DNA from: Anthoceros angustus
Lineage: Eukaryota; Plantae; Anthocerotophyta
Length of the DNA stretch: 31,443 bases
NCBI GenBank assembly: GCA_010909165.1
Contig: MU008190.1
Coordinates: 307,159 to 338,601 of the forward strand
Direction of reading: 5' to 3'
The number at the start of each line of letters is the position of its first letter. Positions within the stretch are counted from its first letter, which is position 1. Below, piece after piece: positions 20,135 to 31,443 of the stretch. A program made the translations under genes and the position numbers. The notes below the pieces were generated by a model that was not told where the DNA came from, did no database searches, and worked only from the letters and a program-made list of their open reading frames with translations.

Positions 20135-22299
20135 GCACAACCGAAACCCCCTTCACAAAAAAGACACCGTTTGGGAAATGCAAAATACGTCGAATCCTCC
20201 GTCAACAGCATGCATGCTAAATCTGAAGGGGAAAAAACATTGATATTTCACAATTCATAAAACGAGGGCTTCTTGGTGGCGCCTGGCCGCCTGTGCCAGT
20301 ATCCTTGCCTAGCATGCTTTGACACAAGTAATGAAAGAAAATCCGATATCTTGTTTCAAAACCCTCTTAGTCCCTCGAATATAGTCTTTCCTCTACAAAG
20401 ATCCCTCAGGCGGTGATCTCGAGACTCATACTGCGCTTGGGTGGCTTCAATCTAAAACAAGCCGGGTTGCGCATGCGTTCAATTCTACTACATCGGTCTA
20501 CCGCCAGGCCTTCGCTTCATCATCTTCAGCGTCGCCTGCATTTGTCGCCACCACTCCCGGTGGCACACGATCCGAGGGTTTGTTGTCCTTCCTCTAGCAA
20601 GTCCCCTGTTTGCTTTCATCCTCCTTGCACTAAGTGGAACCACCTGAGCTTTCGAACAATTTTTTTCGCTAATACAAACTTCTTTAGCCTGATTGTGCCG
20701 CTCCTACTACAAAATGAGCGAGTTTATGACGGAATTAAAGACATGGGAGAGATGATTCCGGTGGGAAAATGACAACGCTTGCTGCCAGGCAATTCGTGAT
20801 ATGGTAGTCATTCAGAAATCGTGCTCGATTTCAGAATGACGTCCTCAAGCAGGTGCTTGCATATCGTCACCGTTCACGTTTTTGGGGGTTCCCGTTCCGT
20901 TGGACCACTCTCTCACTTGCGTGCAACTGGTAGATAATTTCACAGGGGGTTGCGGTCGGATGGGGGCGTTGTCGGTGATGAAATGACTGGCGTCCCCGCC
21001 ACCGGCACCCACCTCCTCCATCCGTCCGCCTTGTGTGGTCCCCTGCGGGGAGACGCCACGTGGACAAGAGCACGACAGCCTGTGGTGTTTGGCATCTTGA
21101 TCGACAGTCATTAACCTTGACGCCGGGTCGAGCAGCCCGGCCTCGTCGGTCATCATGTTCAGTGTCATGCTTTTGGCGCACTTGTCCATTTCCACGGGCC
21201 CGTGACACGTGGAAATGGGTTCCATCAAATTAAAACATTGAATCGGTTGGCTAATGCGAGGTTGTTGCAACAAGCGAGATTACCCACCGCAAACTTAGCA
21301 TACCTCGGACTACATCTAAGCGGTGTTACAATTATTTGTTAGGAACCACATAAGATAACCCGATCCAATTAAGGTAATACAATGACCTCCAAAAGTACTG
21401 GAAGAAACCCCTCTCTGGTAGGACCTCACATATCAGACGACGAACACCTTCGGGGTGGCGACTACGCCATCCAGAAACCCTCCCACCCTCCCCATGACAT
21501 TTCAGCTGTGACTCCGCATCATGCTTCCAGGCGCGCCTCCAAAATGTCCTTAGTTGGCGGCTTCGCCTTCTTCATCTTCCTGCGATTCCTTCGTTTTCAA
21601 GGCACCGTGTTCTGCCTAGCGGCCGGGTTCCGCCATCCATGCCCCTACAAGTTCCTCCTTCTCCCGGGACCGCAAGGCTGCTCGGTTATCCGGTGGGAGT
21701 GCCAATGACATCCTGCGTTTTCATGGACAATGTCCACAGAGATTCGGTTGTCCGGAGTTGTCCAGGATCCTTTGCCCGACCACTCTCTCCTCCTCAGCCA
21801 TTCGCCTCTGCATTATCGTGAGCCAGACATCTGCGGTGCCCTTCGAGCATCCATCGGTGCTTGCACACCAGAGCAAGAAGCCAGAATCGCCAGCACACCC
21901 GCACACCATTGACACATGCAAAAACTAGCACCCTCCGGTGATTCCTTGGTTGCACACTAAAAACCATGTCCCACCGGGTCGATCTATCAGGCCTTTCAAT
22001 GACCTTAGCTTGGAGGAGCACCGAAAATATACGCCTCCCGAGCGCCCATCCGTTCTGTATGCGCCTCCCTACAACGAGTACACACCACCCGCTTAGTTCC
22101 CCTTTCCATATTCATGCAATGCATGGTACAGGCCACAGACGGGGGTGGGAGTGTACATCGTGGCATTCACACCCAACACGAATGTCGTATTAAGTAAAGC
22201 CCGTGCACATTGGGACCTTGCATTATCATCTCAATGGCAAAATACAGGTGCATTCCTTACCTCCTGTGACTCCACCACCAGCTGCAAGAGCACCACCCC

Positions 22300-23400
22300 C
22301 ACCATCTGGCCATTCGTATGCAAAGTTCCGTTGTCAGCGCATGAAACGAGGAGAACCACCAAAGCCCGCACTTTCCAGCAGTCCTCCCCGAGTTGGATAC
22401 CGTGGGCACTTACCTATTGTTCCTCCCTCTCCGTTTGATGGAGCTCCTATTTCCACTGCAATATGATGCCAGTGCAAGGGTTAGTCCATGAGTCCATGTG
22501 TCACAACGAAACTCTCAGTGTGTTTCCAATCACCACTATTCTCGCTTCTTGAAGGATTTGACATGTGTACTGGTTCTCGCTTCCACTTCCGATTGTCCTG
22601 TAACTAAAAATCGTGAATTTTAGGTTAGCGAATGGTATATCGCGCACACCACATCCGACATGACCCACTGGAAGCACAACTAATGAGATTTTCCTCACGT
22701 CGCCTCCCTCCCAGATGCATCCCCGGCCTGCATCGTGCTCGCAGCCCACCGCACCTCTAAGACGGATGGTCATGGGCCATACATGTCCTCGACCAAGGCG
22801 TCAAGTCCTGGCCCACCGCCCGACCAAATGGATTTGTCCACTGTCCCATGTTTGTCCTTCCTTGCCTCCACTGCAGTCTCATGGACATCTTGGCCGACTC
22901 CATTGCCCGCCTCAGACAGTGCGTGACTCACTCGATTGTTGTCCACCACACGAGTCATCGAGTCGGGCGTAGCGCAACCGGGTGTCCTCTTCCCCGACGT
23001 CCTAAGAATCCGTGCCCCCTTCTTCACCCTTTGCAAGTGGTTGTAGCACCTAGCCCGTGTGCAATTGGAGAACTTTGTGCGGATGACTTCCTTGTTTGTG
23101 ATCGACGGGTACTCCTCGGCCACCTTGTCCACCAGGTCTAGTCGAAGCGCGATGTCATGCTTCGTCCAGCACTTCAGAAACTGTAGCTTTGAGGCCACCA
23201 GTTCCTGGATTCTTTTTCGATGATGCTTCTCCGCCTCAAAGACTCCACTGGACATGTCTCAAGCGGCCTCATCACACCTTGCTTGCCAACGCGTTGATAT
23301 CCTCGATGCCCATGGACCTTGATGAGTTTGCGGATCACATCATCGTGCAATTCGTGCGATGAGCTCGAATAACACCGGGCAAAGCAAAGAACCTCAGATT
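22300..23400 (-). pseudogene. Decayed CACTA TnpA/Tnp1-like ORF2 remnants
   Basis: Minus strand ~22413-22354 reads VSAHGIQLGEDCWKVRALVV, matching the (V)HG.PLG..CWKV motif of En/Spm Tnp1-type C-terminal domains. The 22770-23255 ORF (KCWTKHDIALRLDLVDKVAEEYP..IRTKFSNCTRARCYNH) is TnpA-like in character. It lies downstream of TnpD on the same strand. Confidence 0.5.
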
Positions 23401-26400
23401 CTCTCCTGACTTCACTTCACGCATGGAAGTCATCATGGCTACGCTGCGTCATCTTCCCGCATGTCCAAAGGTGGATGTCATCCTCGCTTTCCGACCACTG
23501 GCCTCTTCCTCGCCTCGCGCCCATGTTGCTAGCCCATCCGGCGAATCCGGCCCAGTGCCCACCCGACCATTACTCTTCCGGCCTTGCCGATATGCGGTGG
23601 CTCTGCATTCCACTTCCCTCGAGTCGGCGTCTGTTCCAGGCCACCCCTTCCGCCAAAGACGGGAACCCGAGGTGTGATGGTAACACCACACATGGTGACA
23701 AGGAGTTGTGAGCAGCAAGCGCTTACCTTGTTTGAAATTCGGAAGTGCATGTCCGGGGCGGCACTGCAGTGGTGAGCGGAGGGAGGCGGGAGGCGCACGG
23801 AGGAGGGAAAGGGCAGGGGATGGGATGACGCGAGCGGAGCCGTACCTGCTTGCGCCGTGTGTTGCGCCCGGTGGTCCTGCTCTCGTCTGAGTTCCCATGC
23901 CGGATGTGGGATGGCGCCTCTGCTGGCTTCCCACAATCCGCACCTGAGCTCAAGTCTACATAGAACTCATGCGTGGACAGATCGGGAGGGAGGCTTGGCT
24001 GCCCTCCACCTCGGGTCGACTGCGGGCCGACATCCCCTAGCCCTCCAGAAGGTGGAGGTCCGGTTATGACGTCGTCTGGCGGGACGGGGCCTCTCGGTCT
24101 TCCACCTTCATCACCCGCACTGCCCCAAAGATCCAGACGGGTCCTTGGCGCCGCTTCCTGCGCTAACGCCTGCAAACCCTTCCATCCAACCCAGCTCTGG
24201 CGACTCCCCATCTTCCAAGCTCTTTGAGATGGCGCGTGTATTTGAGTTGCGCCAACCTCACGACTCGGCGAGGCTAGAGCAAATGGGGCCGCCATGTGTC
24301 CTTGCCGACGAATCGCTCACGGACATCCTGCCTCCTCCATGGGACCCGCGCCACACGGTGTTGATAACGCCCGGCGGCCTGCCAGACGCTCTCGCCTCGC
24401 ATGAGCATCACCAACTGTGCCCGGTGAGGCGATTGCTTCGCGGATCCTCATCCATGCATGCCTCGGTTGCATTCAAACGGCCTGCAGGGCATGCCACCAT
24501 GCCGAGGGCGATGGCAGATAGCTCATCCGAGTCCGCATCCATGGGCCTTCCAAGGCGAGTGGAGGGCGAAAGCCTAACATAGCGCTCTCGAGAGCGTCAA
24601 ACGCCATAAGGAGGAGAACTTCAAGGCGTGGTGAAGGCGGTGTCCAAATGGGAAGGAGCCCGCGTTTTGGGCATGCAGACAGGGGAATGGCCGGTTTGGG
24701 CCGACAAAATGATGGCCCACATCCCCATAAATGCTTGTAGTAATTGCTGCCTACCATGTACTACAGAACATTCATGTCGAGCACTGATTCCGTAGGATGC
24801 TGAGTCCTCCACTACTCCCGCCCTTTCCGGAACACTCTGAAACACATTCCTACTTACTTCCACTCGCGATGGGCCCGAGATGGTCACACGGACACCTTAT
24901 CAAAGGCAATACTTCATGTGTGTACATGTTGAGGAACACAGTCCATGCAACCCAGACGGAACCGGACCATGGAGTCCTGCTGCATCGGCCTGTTGCGCAT
25001 CGTCAACTTCCCGCTCCACTCCATGACCTCCTTCCTTGGGTGCCTAGTTGGGAGGACGCGAAGAAGCAGGTTTCCGCGCCACCGTTACGTTTGGTTGTGT
25101 AAGAGTCGGAGGTGGGTGTTGGTGCCCGCGCTTGCAAGGCTTAAACTGGTATGGGTGCTTGCGAATCCATATGCCAATTTGAGATATGGATTGCCGCATC
25201 TTCGGCAGACGCTGTTGCGCGAGGCCCCGTGTGACCTTCCGAGTTTCGTGCCACCGAAAGCGATTTCCCACGATACCCCATTCCCAGCTTTCAGCACAGA
25301 GGCCGCCATCATTTGTCCGGACCATGGCGGACGACAAGTGTCTACTACCACGACCCACTGGCTGCATGCGTTCACGGGCATCACGCCGTAATTTGTTGAT
25401 CGCCTCAAGCCCGGAAGGTGAGTGCTATGCCGGCACGGGCCTGAAGTTTACATCTGGTAGTCCGCATGGATACGCGCGACCTTCCTGCGCGAACTACAAA
25501 TGCCACATTCGGGCCGTCGCGCCGTAATCAAATTCTGCCACATTCTACTTGGAATGTGAAATATGCGATTAATCAAGAACTACCAATGCGCCTCTTTCAC
25601 ACAAAGCAACAACAGCGCCTTCGCGCCAAAACTCCTTGGCCCACAGAAGTCCCATGTATACGTGGAAGGCTTCCTGTCACACCCAAGCTCCTTCGCATCG
25701 AGAATATAAACCCCTGCACCCCCGCCCACCTCCCACATTTTCAATTCCATGCCATCGCTACTTTGGTTATAGCCCTGCTCATTCTCTATGAAATCATTCT
25801 TCGCAGCGCCTTTTGTGGGATGGAGAGCCGAGATGGCTATTGTATCGAATGACCGGTCTTCCGGCCATTCAAGCGAGTGAACCTAGTTCCTCGCCCCATT
25901 ACGGACTCGCCTCCCGATTCGGGTTCTCGATTCCGAGCAACCTTATCGCCTTCAACTTCTCCCTTCTCGCCTCGATTCACAACTTGCGCAGAGGCCCCAA
26001 TCTGCTGGAGGGCTCCGAGGTGTGGCTATGAGCAAGCGACGTGTGCAAATGCTGAATGCCCGCCTTCCTGCCCGGCCCCGCAGCGGGATCACGCCCAACT
26101 CTCTCGGGACTACGCCGCCCTTGCGTTCGTCAGATCGGAGAAGTTGAACCACTTGGACTATGGGCCCCCGGTCCCGGCAAGTGGTGCATTCAGCTTGTGG
26201 AGCCCTGTGGATTGTTCACCTCGGAGAAATACAATTGGTTCACACGACTTTCGACGAACGATGCCGCCCATGGAATCATGACGAAGGACAAGTGGCAAAT
26301 TCCCAAGCCTTGGTACGTGTGATCCGAGGTCGGGCCCGCATGTTAGAACGTGCAAAGAAATTGGGGACTACGTTGTCGACATTCTCGGAGAGATGAAAAG

Positions 26401-27396
26401 CGGAGGAACCCGTGAAGTTTGCGACATCGGTGGAGGTGGGGACTCAAAGAACCCATGTGGCCTTCAATTGCCGATTCGGAGCCCACCGGTTGACATCCGG
26501 GTCCGTGGAGCTGAACCCATGTTTTGTTGAGGAGAAGGAGGTGCTGCCTATCAGCCGTAACAACTTGAAAGCCACATCGAGAGCGAGCGCGGTGGGCAGT
26601 GGAGCGAGCATGGCGGAGGATGCTTGGACCGCTGGTCCAAGGTGGGATGAAGAAAAGGCTTACGTTGTGGACGGGTCCTCGCCGGCTTGAAGAACTTGCC
26701 GCGCAAGGGTGATGGGAAGTTGGCAATCAAGAAGTCAATTGACAACCCAGGTGCGTGGGTTTTGCCCACAAGCTCCATTTTGTCTACAACCATGTTGAAC
26801 ATTTCACGGCATACATCGATTTCCGTCTGAACGTTGAAGGCATCTACCACATCCTAGAAGCCTGTGATCTAATTGTCAAATGTTGCCACTGCGTCGGGAA
26901 CAGGAAGGGTCATGCTCTGGTGGTCGGAACAGTCTTTGCTTTCATGTTTTCCCCACCGACGGCACGCCATTGGAAGTTGATGTGTAGATGCATCATGTTC
27001 GGATTACCTTTTGGCTAGCGAACCGTCCCAACGCCTTGGTGTATGCAGGATGCTTCGAAGATGGCCTCGGCCACCAGCTTTAGACATTTGTGTTAGAAGC
27101 CCTTTGCTGGGCAATTTGGGACTGCACCAAGCCCTCTCAGGCGTTGTTGTGTTTTTGTTTGTAGCCCTTTGCTGGGCAGTTTTGTCTAATGGCTTCAAGC
27201 CCACCTTGGCCCGCTTTGCCTCTTGGTCTCGCTTTTCGAACATTGAACATCCGCCGTGGACAATCGGTGAACACTGCACATACACACAGCTTGTGACCCT
27301 CGAACCCACTTCCTACCCACCCAGCGAACTCGAGCCCTCACCATCATAAGGGCACTGTCCCCGTCCTCTACTAAGAAGAGGAGCCCTCCTCTTTCT

Positions 27397-30330
27397 CTAG
27401 TAGTGAATCCCACCGAGATGGGATAGGAGTGCAAAATGTACCACTGCGCCCGTGTTCCACATCGGGGTGTGCAGCTGGATGTGGGCAAATGTGAAGGGCC
27501 CTGTTTTGTGGTCCCGTCGATACCTATACACGCGCCTTGTGTCCACTGCCGTGAAACCGCTAATGTCTGGTGCCATTGAAACATGGATTGCAGAAGTGTC
27601 ACACAGAAACCACTTGATGAGGAGGACGAAAGCAATGAGGTCGGCACCCTCGAAGGACACGTCTAGGATTTGCTCCATTTGCCCATAAAACTGGACTGGC
27701 TGGTCTTCCATGTCAACGTGCCAAACACCCAATCTTGGGTAGAACGGCGGTGTTGATCACCGCAATGGTGCGTAGTGGTATCCCATTGTCTCCAATCCCG
27801 AAACACTTCACCTTCTCGGCGCGGACCGTTCACAAAAGCTCGATCTGGTGTAGTCCACCGGACGCCCATCGGTTTGTTTGCACCGACCTCCAACCAGTGG
27901 TGAGGTAGGTGGATGGATTCCCGCCTCGAATTCACCACGGATTGCTTGCAGGTTTTGAGTGCAAAATGAAATGCCAGGCACGACGCCCAAGGCTCTAGTC
28001 CCGGTCTTTGCTTTCCGATAGGGCGCATCCGAACGGGTATTGAGGTTTGGTGGAACAAATGGGCTTGGCAGGGGTTCACGCCGCCAGTAGTCCGTCGTAG
28101 AACATGCTCTCCGTTGCAAGGTAAGGGCCATGCTTCCCTTGCTTGTTGCACGATTGATTGCTTGAAACCCTATATGGCGTTTCAATCGGGTACATCCAGC
28201 GGACATGGACAAGGCGAGGCCACTTCATCAATCAAATGTATAAACAAGTGCATTGGGTTCCAAAACATCGACGGTAACACCGCTCCAATGCCACCATTGT
28301 GTTCACAACTTTTGCATCACGGAAGGTCATCGGGGTGTATTGCCTCGCAAATCCACTGTAAATGGAGGAAACCTCAATGAAGGACTCGTGATTCAGCCTG
28401 AAGCGGTGCCGCAATGCAATGGGAAATAGTATTGCATCAACGATGCTACCGTGACTTTTCAAACCCGTGACTTTTGCACCACCAAAACAAGTTGCAAGGT
28501 TGGAGCCAAAAGTAGTTGGTGGCCTCATTTTGCATAACTCTGTTTTAACGGCTGGATGTCCTCCTTGGACAATGCATAGGACGCCGCGGGCGATGCGCCT
28601 CCGTTATCCCACAACGGCCACAACCGTGGTTTGGAGTCCAAATCCATGAGGTCAATTCTTGCATTGTGCGTGTCCCATCGCCCGCTCCATACATGCGAAC
28701 GCCTCGCGCTTGTTCACCTCCGTGTGCATCACGTCTTTGACCCGAGCTTGAATTCCGGGCGCTTTTCAATGAAACCGGACATCGTTTCACACCCTGCACT
28801 TAGGGTTCGCCCAGACACCGGTGGTGCCCTCGCCAGCTGTCATCTCGTCCACAATATCCTGACGGTGCGAGAAGGCGGGACGGAGCTCTACCGCATTGTC
28901 AAAAATTCACCATAGGCTCGCCTCACATCCATCGAAGGGCACCATCGGGTGACCATCGCACAACACCTTGTCCAAGGCATTGGACCACGCTTCCAATAAC
29001 CCACCGCAATCAACACAACACGGTAGCCTCGACCGCAATCCGAATAGAGCTCCAAGACCGGGTAATCGCAAGTGGCATGTAGCGACGTAGCATGAACTGA
29101 CTGGGTGGACAATGGTTTTGAGTGATCACACAGGAACACCCTCCCACAACATGGCCAGCTCTTCTAATAATGGTTGCAAGTACACATCAACATTCTTCAC
29201 TTTTCGCCCGGGATGATAATGGGCATTAGTATCCTCTGCCTCTTTGTTGTAAGCCATGGGGGGAGATTATGAATCAAAAGAAGCACAGGCCAGATGGAAT
29301 AGGAAGCAGCCCGGTTCCCACTGGGATTAAAGCCATCAATGGAAATCCCAAACCGGATATTGCGATCTTCAAGGCCAAAATCACTCACCGAATCCAAAGC
29401 CCGCCAAGCGAGTGTGTCCGCCATGATTTGCAGCTTCCCATCAGTGCTCCTATGACCCTTCCACCAAGTCACTCACTCAGCGGTGACAAGCAAACATTCC
29501 CAAGGCGTCAAGAAGTAAAACATGGTTTTCCGTGCAACAGCTTGACCAGCCGCCCAGTCGAATCTTGGCTCGCCAGAGGTGGCAAGCTTCTGTGATGTAG
29601 GACCCCAAAACAAGCAACCCCCCAAGCATCAATCCAACGCCCCGCCCACATGTAACAACATCTTCCGCACATCCGCCCTAGACTCCGGCATGGTGTTCTT
29701 CACGGGCAAGATTGATGTGGACAGAAGCTCAAAAATAGCGGACATTGCTGAGTTGGAAATCTTGAAACGCTCCTGTATGTTGAGGAAGGCTAGAGCCCCG
29801 GATAGTCGTGTGTGCCGGGATACTTCGCCTGCAGTGATTGTCCACAGAGGTTTCTCGGCCTCCGCCTGTAAGGGATTTTGCCCCTCTTGCGAGCATTGCG
29901 AAACAAAGGCTTCCATGGCTTCGGACAAATGCGTGGCTTCGGTGTTTCCGCCTCTCCCCACTGGGCCGGCCTCAAGCGGTCCGCCCGCCCACCACCACCA
30001 CCACCAGCAGGACGCGGCACAGGCTGGTTGAAATCCGCGAGTTCGGCCACTTTCCAGAGCCGCTGCAGCAATCTCTGCAGTGTGGCAAACCATCCCGCCT
30101 CCAGGCCTCCACGCAATGGGACATTGGCATCTTCCAGACGCCCACATCTCCGCTAAGCAAAATTGTCAACCGGAGGTATGCACAGGACGGGCCACCAAAA
30201 ATGCATGCCTTACCTCCGCAAGGAGCCGAGCCCAGCGGACACAGTGCAATGTCGGCAACCAGTGGTGACCGACCTTCACAACCCGGCAATTGCAAATAAC
30301 GCTGGAATCGCTTGTTCGTGAGGAGGATCC
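27397..30330 (-). mobile_element. Decayed CACTA/En-Spm TnpD transposase (Transposase_21, DUF4218, DUF4216 regions)
   Basis: Motifs in the correct order on the minus strand: RLSGALAFLNIQERFKISNSAMSAIFELLSTSILPVKNTMPESRADVRKML (~29800-29650); MTWW..HRSTDGKL..ADTLAW...RNIRFGISIDGFNP..YSIWPVLLLIHNLPPWL..IIIPG (29472-29200); KNVDVYLQPLLEELAMLWEG (~29195-29140); GLKSHG (~28465); RWMYPIE (~28200); FYGQMEQILDVSF....KWF (27690-27610). Many stops and frameshifts. I could not find CACTA termini. Confidence 0.88.
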
Positions 30331-30870
30331 ATCGATCGAAAGCGTGGCTAGCCGTGATCAATCGCGTGGCGCCTCCCTTATCCGCCACGTAACCGGGCAC
30401 AATGGAGACGTTGAAGCATCACAACTGTCCTCTCACCAACGGCCACTCCTTTCTTAACGGCCTCCCTATACGGACGCCACCCCAAACCCGTTCCTTGCAA
30501 CGCACATTCTCGGACAACGTTGGGCTTTCCATTGCAAGGCAACCAATCGAGAACCCACTTGCTTGACCATGATAATCATCAACCCAACAAAGGTTTAAGC
30601 AAAGATGTGCACACGAGGATAAGACAAAACCCGCATCGCCATAACCAACGACAATGCCTACCCGGAAAATTGTCATGCACCACATTCTTTGTCTATCTTT
30701 TATGACCGGACAAGGCAATAAAAGATAGGATATATTGGTATCATTTCTTGGAAGCTTTTGCACAAATTGCCTGGTAGGGTTGCAGGTACAGATGGGTTGG
30801 GTGAAATAAAACATCATGAATAGCATTTAATTCAATATACGATAAATTTTAAGATTTGGCCGCATTGCAT

Positions 30871-30905
30871 AAAAAATCTCAGTAGGTGAAGCAATGAGAT
30901 TTTTT
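30871..30905 (-). terminator. Bacterial-type intrinsic (bidirectional) terminator downstream of sdhB
   Basis: AAAAAATCTCA (30871-30881) and TGAGATTTTTT (30895-30905) form a perfect 11-bp inverted repeat with A/T tails, immediately after the end of the sdhB homology. Confidence 0.65.
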
Positions 30906-30919
30906 GATATGGTGTAAGA

Positions 30920-31443
30920 TTTATTTTCTGCAACTAAACCTGCTTTTAAATATTCATTGTTTAGGCGAGCAATATTAGTGAGCGAAATTTCTTTCGGGCA
31001 GGCAGCTTCGCAGGCACCTGTATTGGTGCAGGAACCAAAACCCTCTTTATCCATTTGTGTAATCATATTGATTACACGATGATGGCGTTCAGGATCTCCT
31101 TGCGGTAAAAGCGCCAAATGCTGAAACAAACAGCATAGCACTGCTGTTTTTGCACGCAACCACACCGCAGCCAATACACATGGCGGCGGCAAGGCATTAT
31201 CAGCATTATCTTTATCTACTAATATTGCATTCCGTCTACTGCATTCCCGGTATTCACTGAAATGTATCCACCGGCCTGTATAATTCTGTCGAATGCAGAA
31301 CGGTCAACCATTAAGTCTTTAATTACAGGAAAAAACGGCTCTCAAGGCTCTACTACAGTGTGTCTTCATTTTGAAAGGCACGCATGTATGCATTAGTATT
31401 GGCCTGCCACGGGCCATATGTGGTTTACCATTAATATACATTG
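30920..31443 (-). pseudogene. sdhB: Bacterial (Bacteroidota-type) succinate dehydrogenase/fumarate reductase iron-sulfur subunit, 3' two-thirds, many small deletions; runs off the window end
   Basis: Across frameshifts: [130 protein letters not shown]. These are hallmark motifs of the Bacteroidota-type SdhB, not of plant mitochondrial SDH2. No introns, and markedly lower GC than the flanking plant DNA. Confidence 0.9.

Noticed and set aside
25340-25400. YGVMPVNACSQWVVVV as a Ulp1 protease catalytic-His motif
   Set aside because: The His is absent and I see no downstream DS or Q..DCG motifs, so support is insufficient.
20200-30800. Defined CACTA termini (CACTA...TAGTG with 3-bp TSD)
   Set aside because: No convincing terminal pair was found by eye, so element boundaries are not called.
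30827-31192. 121-aa ORF as a plant mitochondrial SDH2 or NUMT
   Set aside because: The motifs ([34 protein letters not shown]) are Bacteroidota-type rather than alphaproteobacterial/mitochondrial. The ORF's N- and C-termini are frameshift artefacts.

Overview
This is eukaryotic land-plant nuclear DNA. Short GT-AG introns (about 85-190 nt), ~50% GC and the retrotransposon types suggest a non-seed plant such as a hornwort or lycophyte, but that is inference. From left to right: (1) an 11-exon Kelch-repeat gene (+, 1063-5093); (2) a cluster of secreted Root_cap/LEA-domain genes, with three intact two-exon paralogs (6961-7910 +, 9250-10280 -, 11314-12301 -) and one frameshifted fragment (~5645-5830 -); (3) a single-coding-exon, probably plastid-targeted membrane protein of the Arabidopsis At5g63040 type (14259-15350 -); (4) rearranged Ty3/gypsy pieces (16628-20095): three LTR copies in alternating orientation with non-canonical AG...CT ends, tRNA-iMet PBS, PPT, a chromovirus (Galadriel-like) gag and a non-chromovirus integrase; (5) a decayed CACTA/En-Spm element on the minus strand (TnpD ~27400-30330, TnpA pieces ~22300-23400); (6) at the right end, an AT-rich, deletion-riddled Bacteroidota-type sdhB with an intrinsic terminator. 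The sdhB is either an assembly chimera/contaminant or a horizontally transferred fragment. Much of the sequence right of ~16.6 kb has many small deletions, consistent with decay and/or poorly polished long-read consensus.
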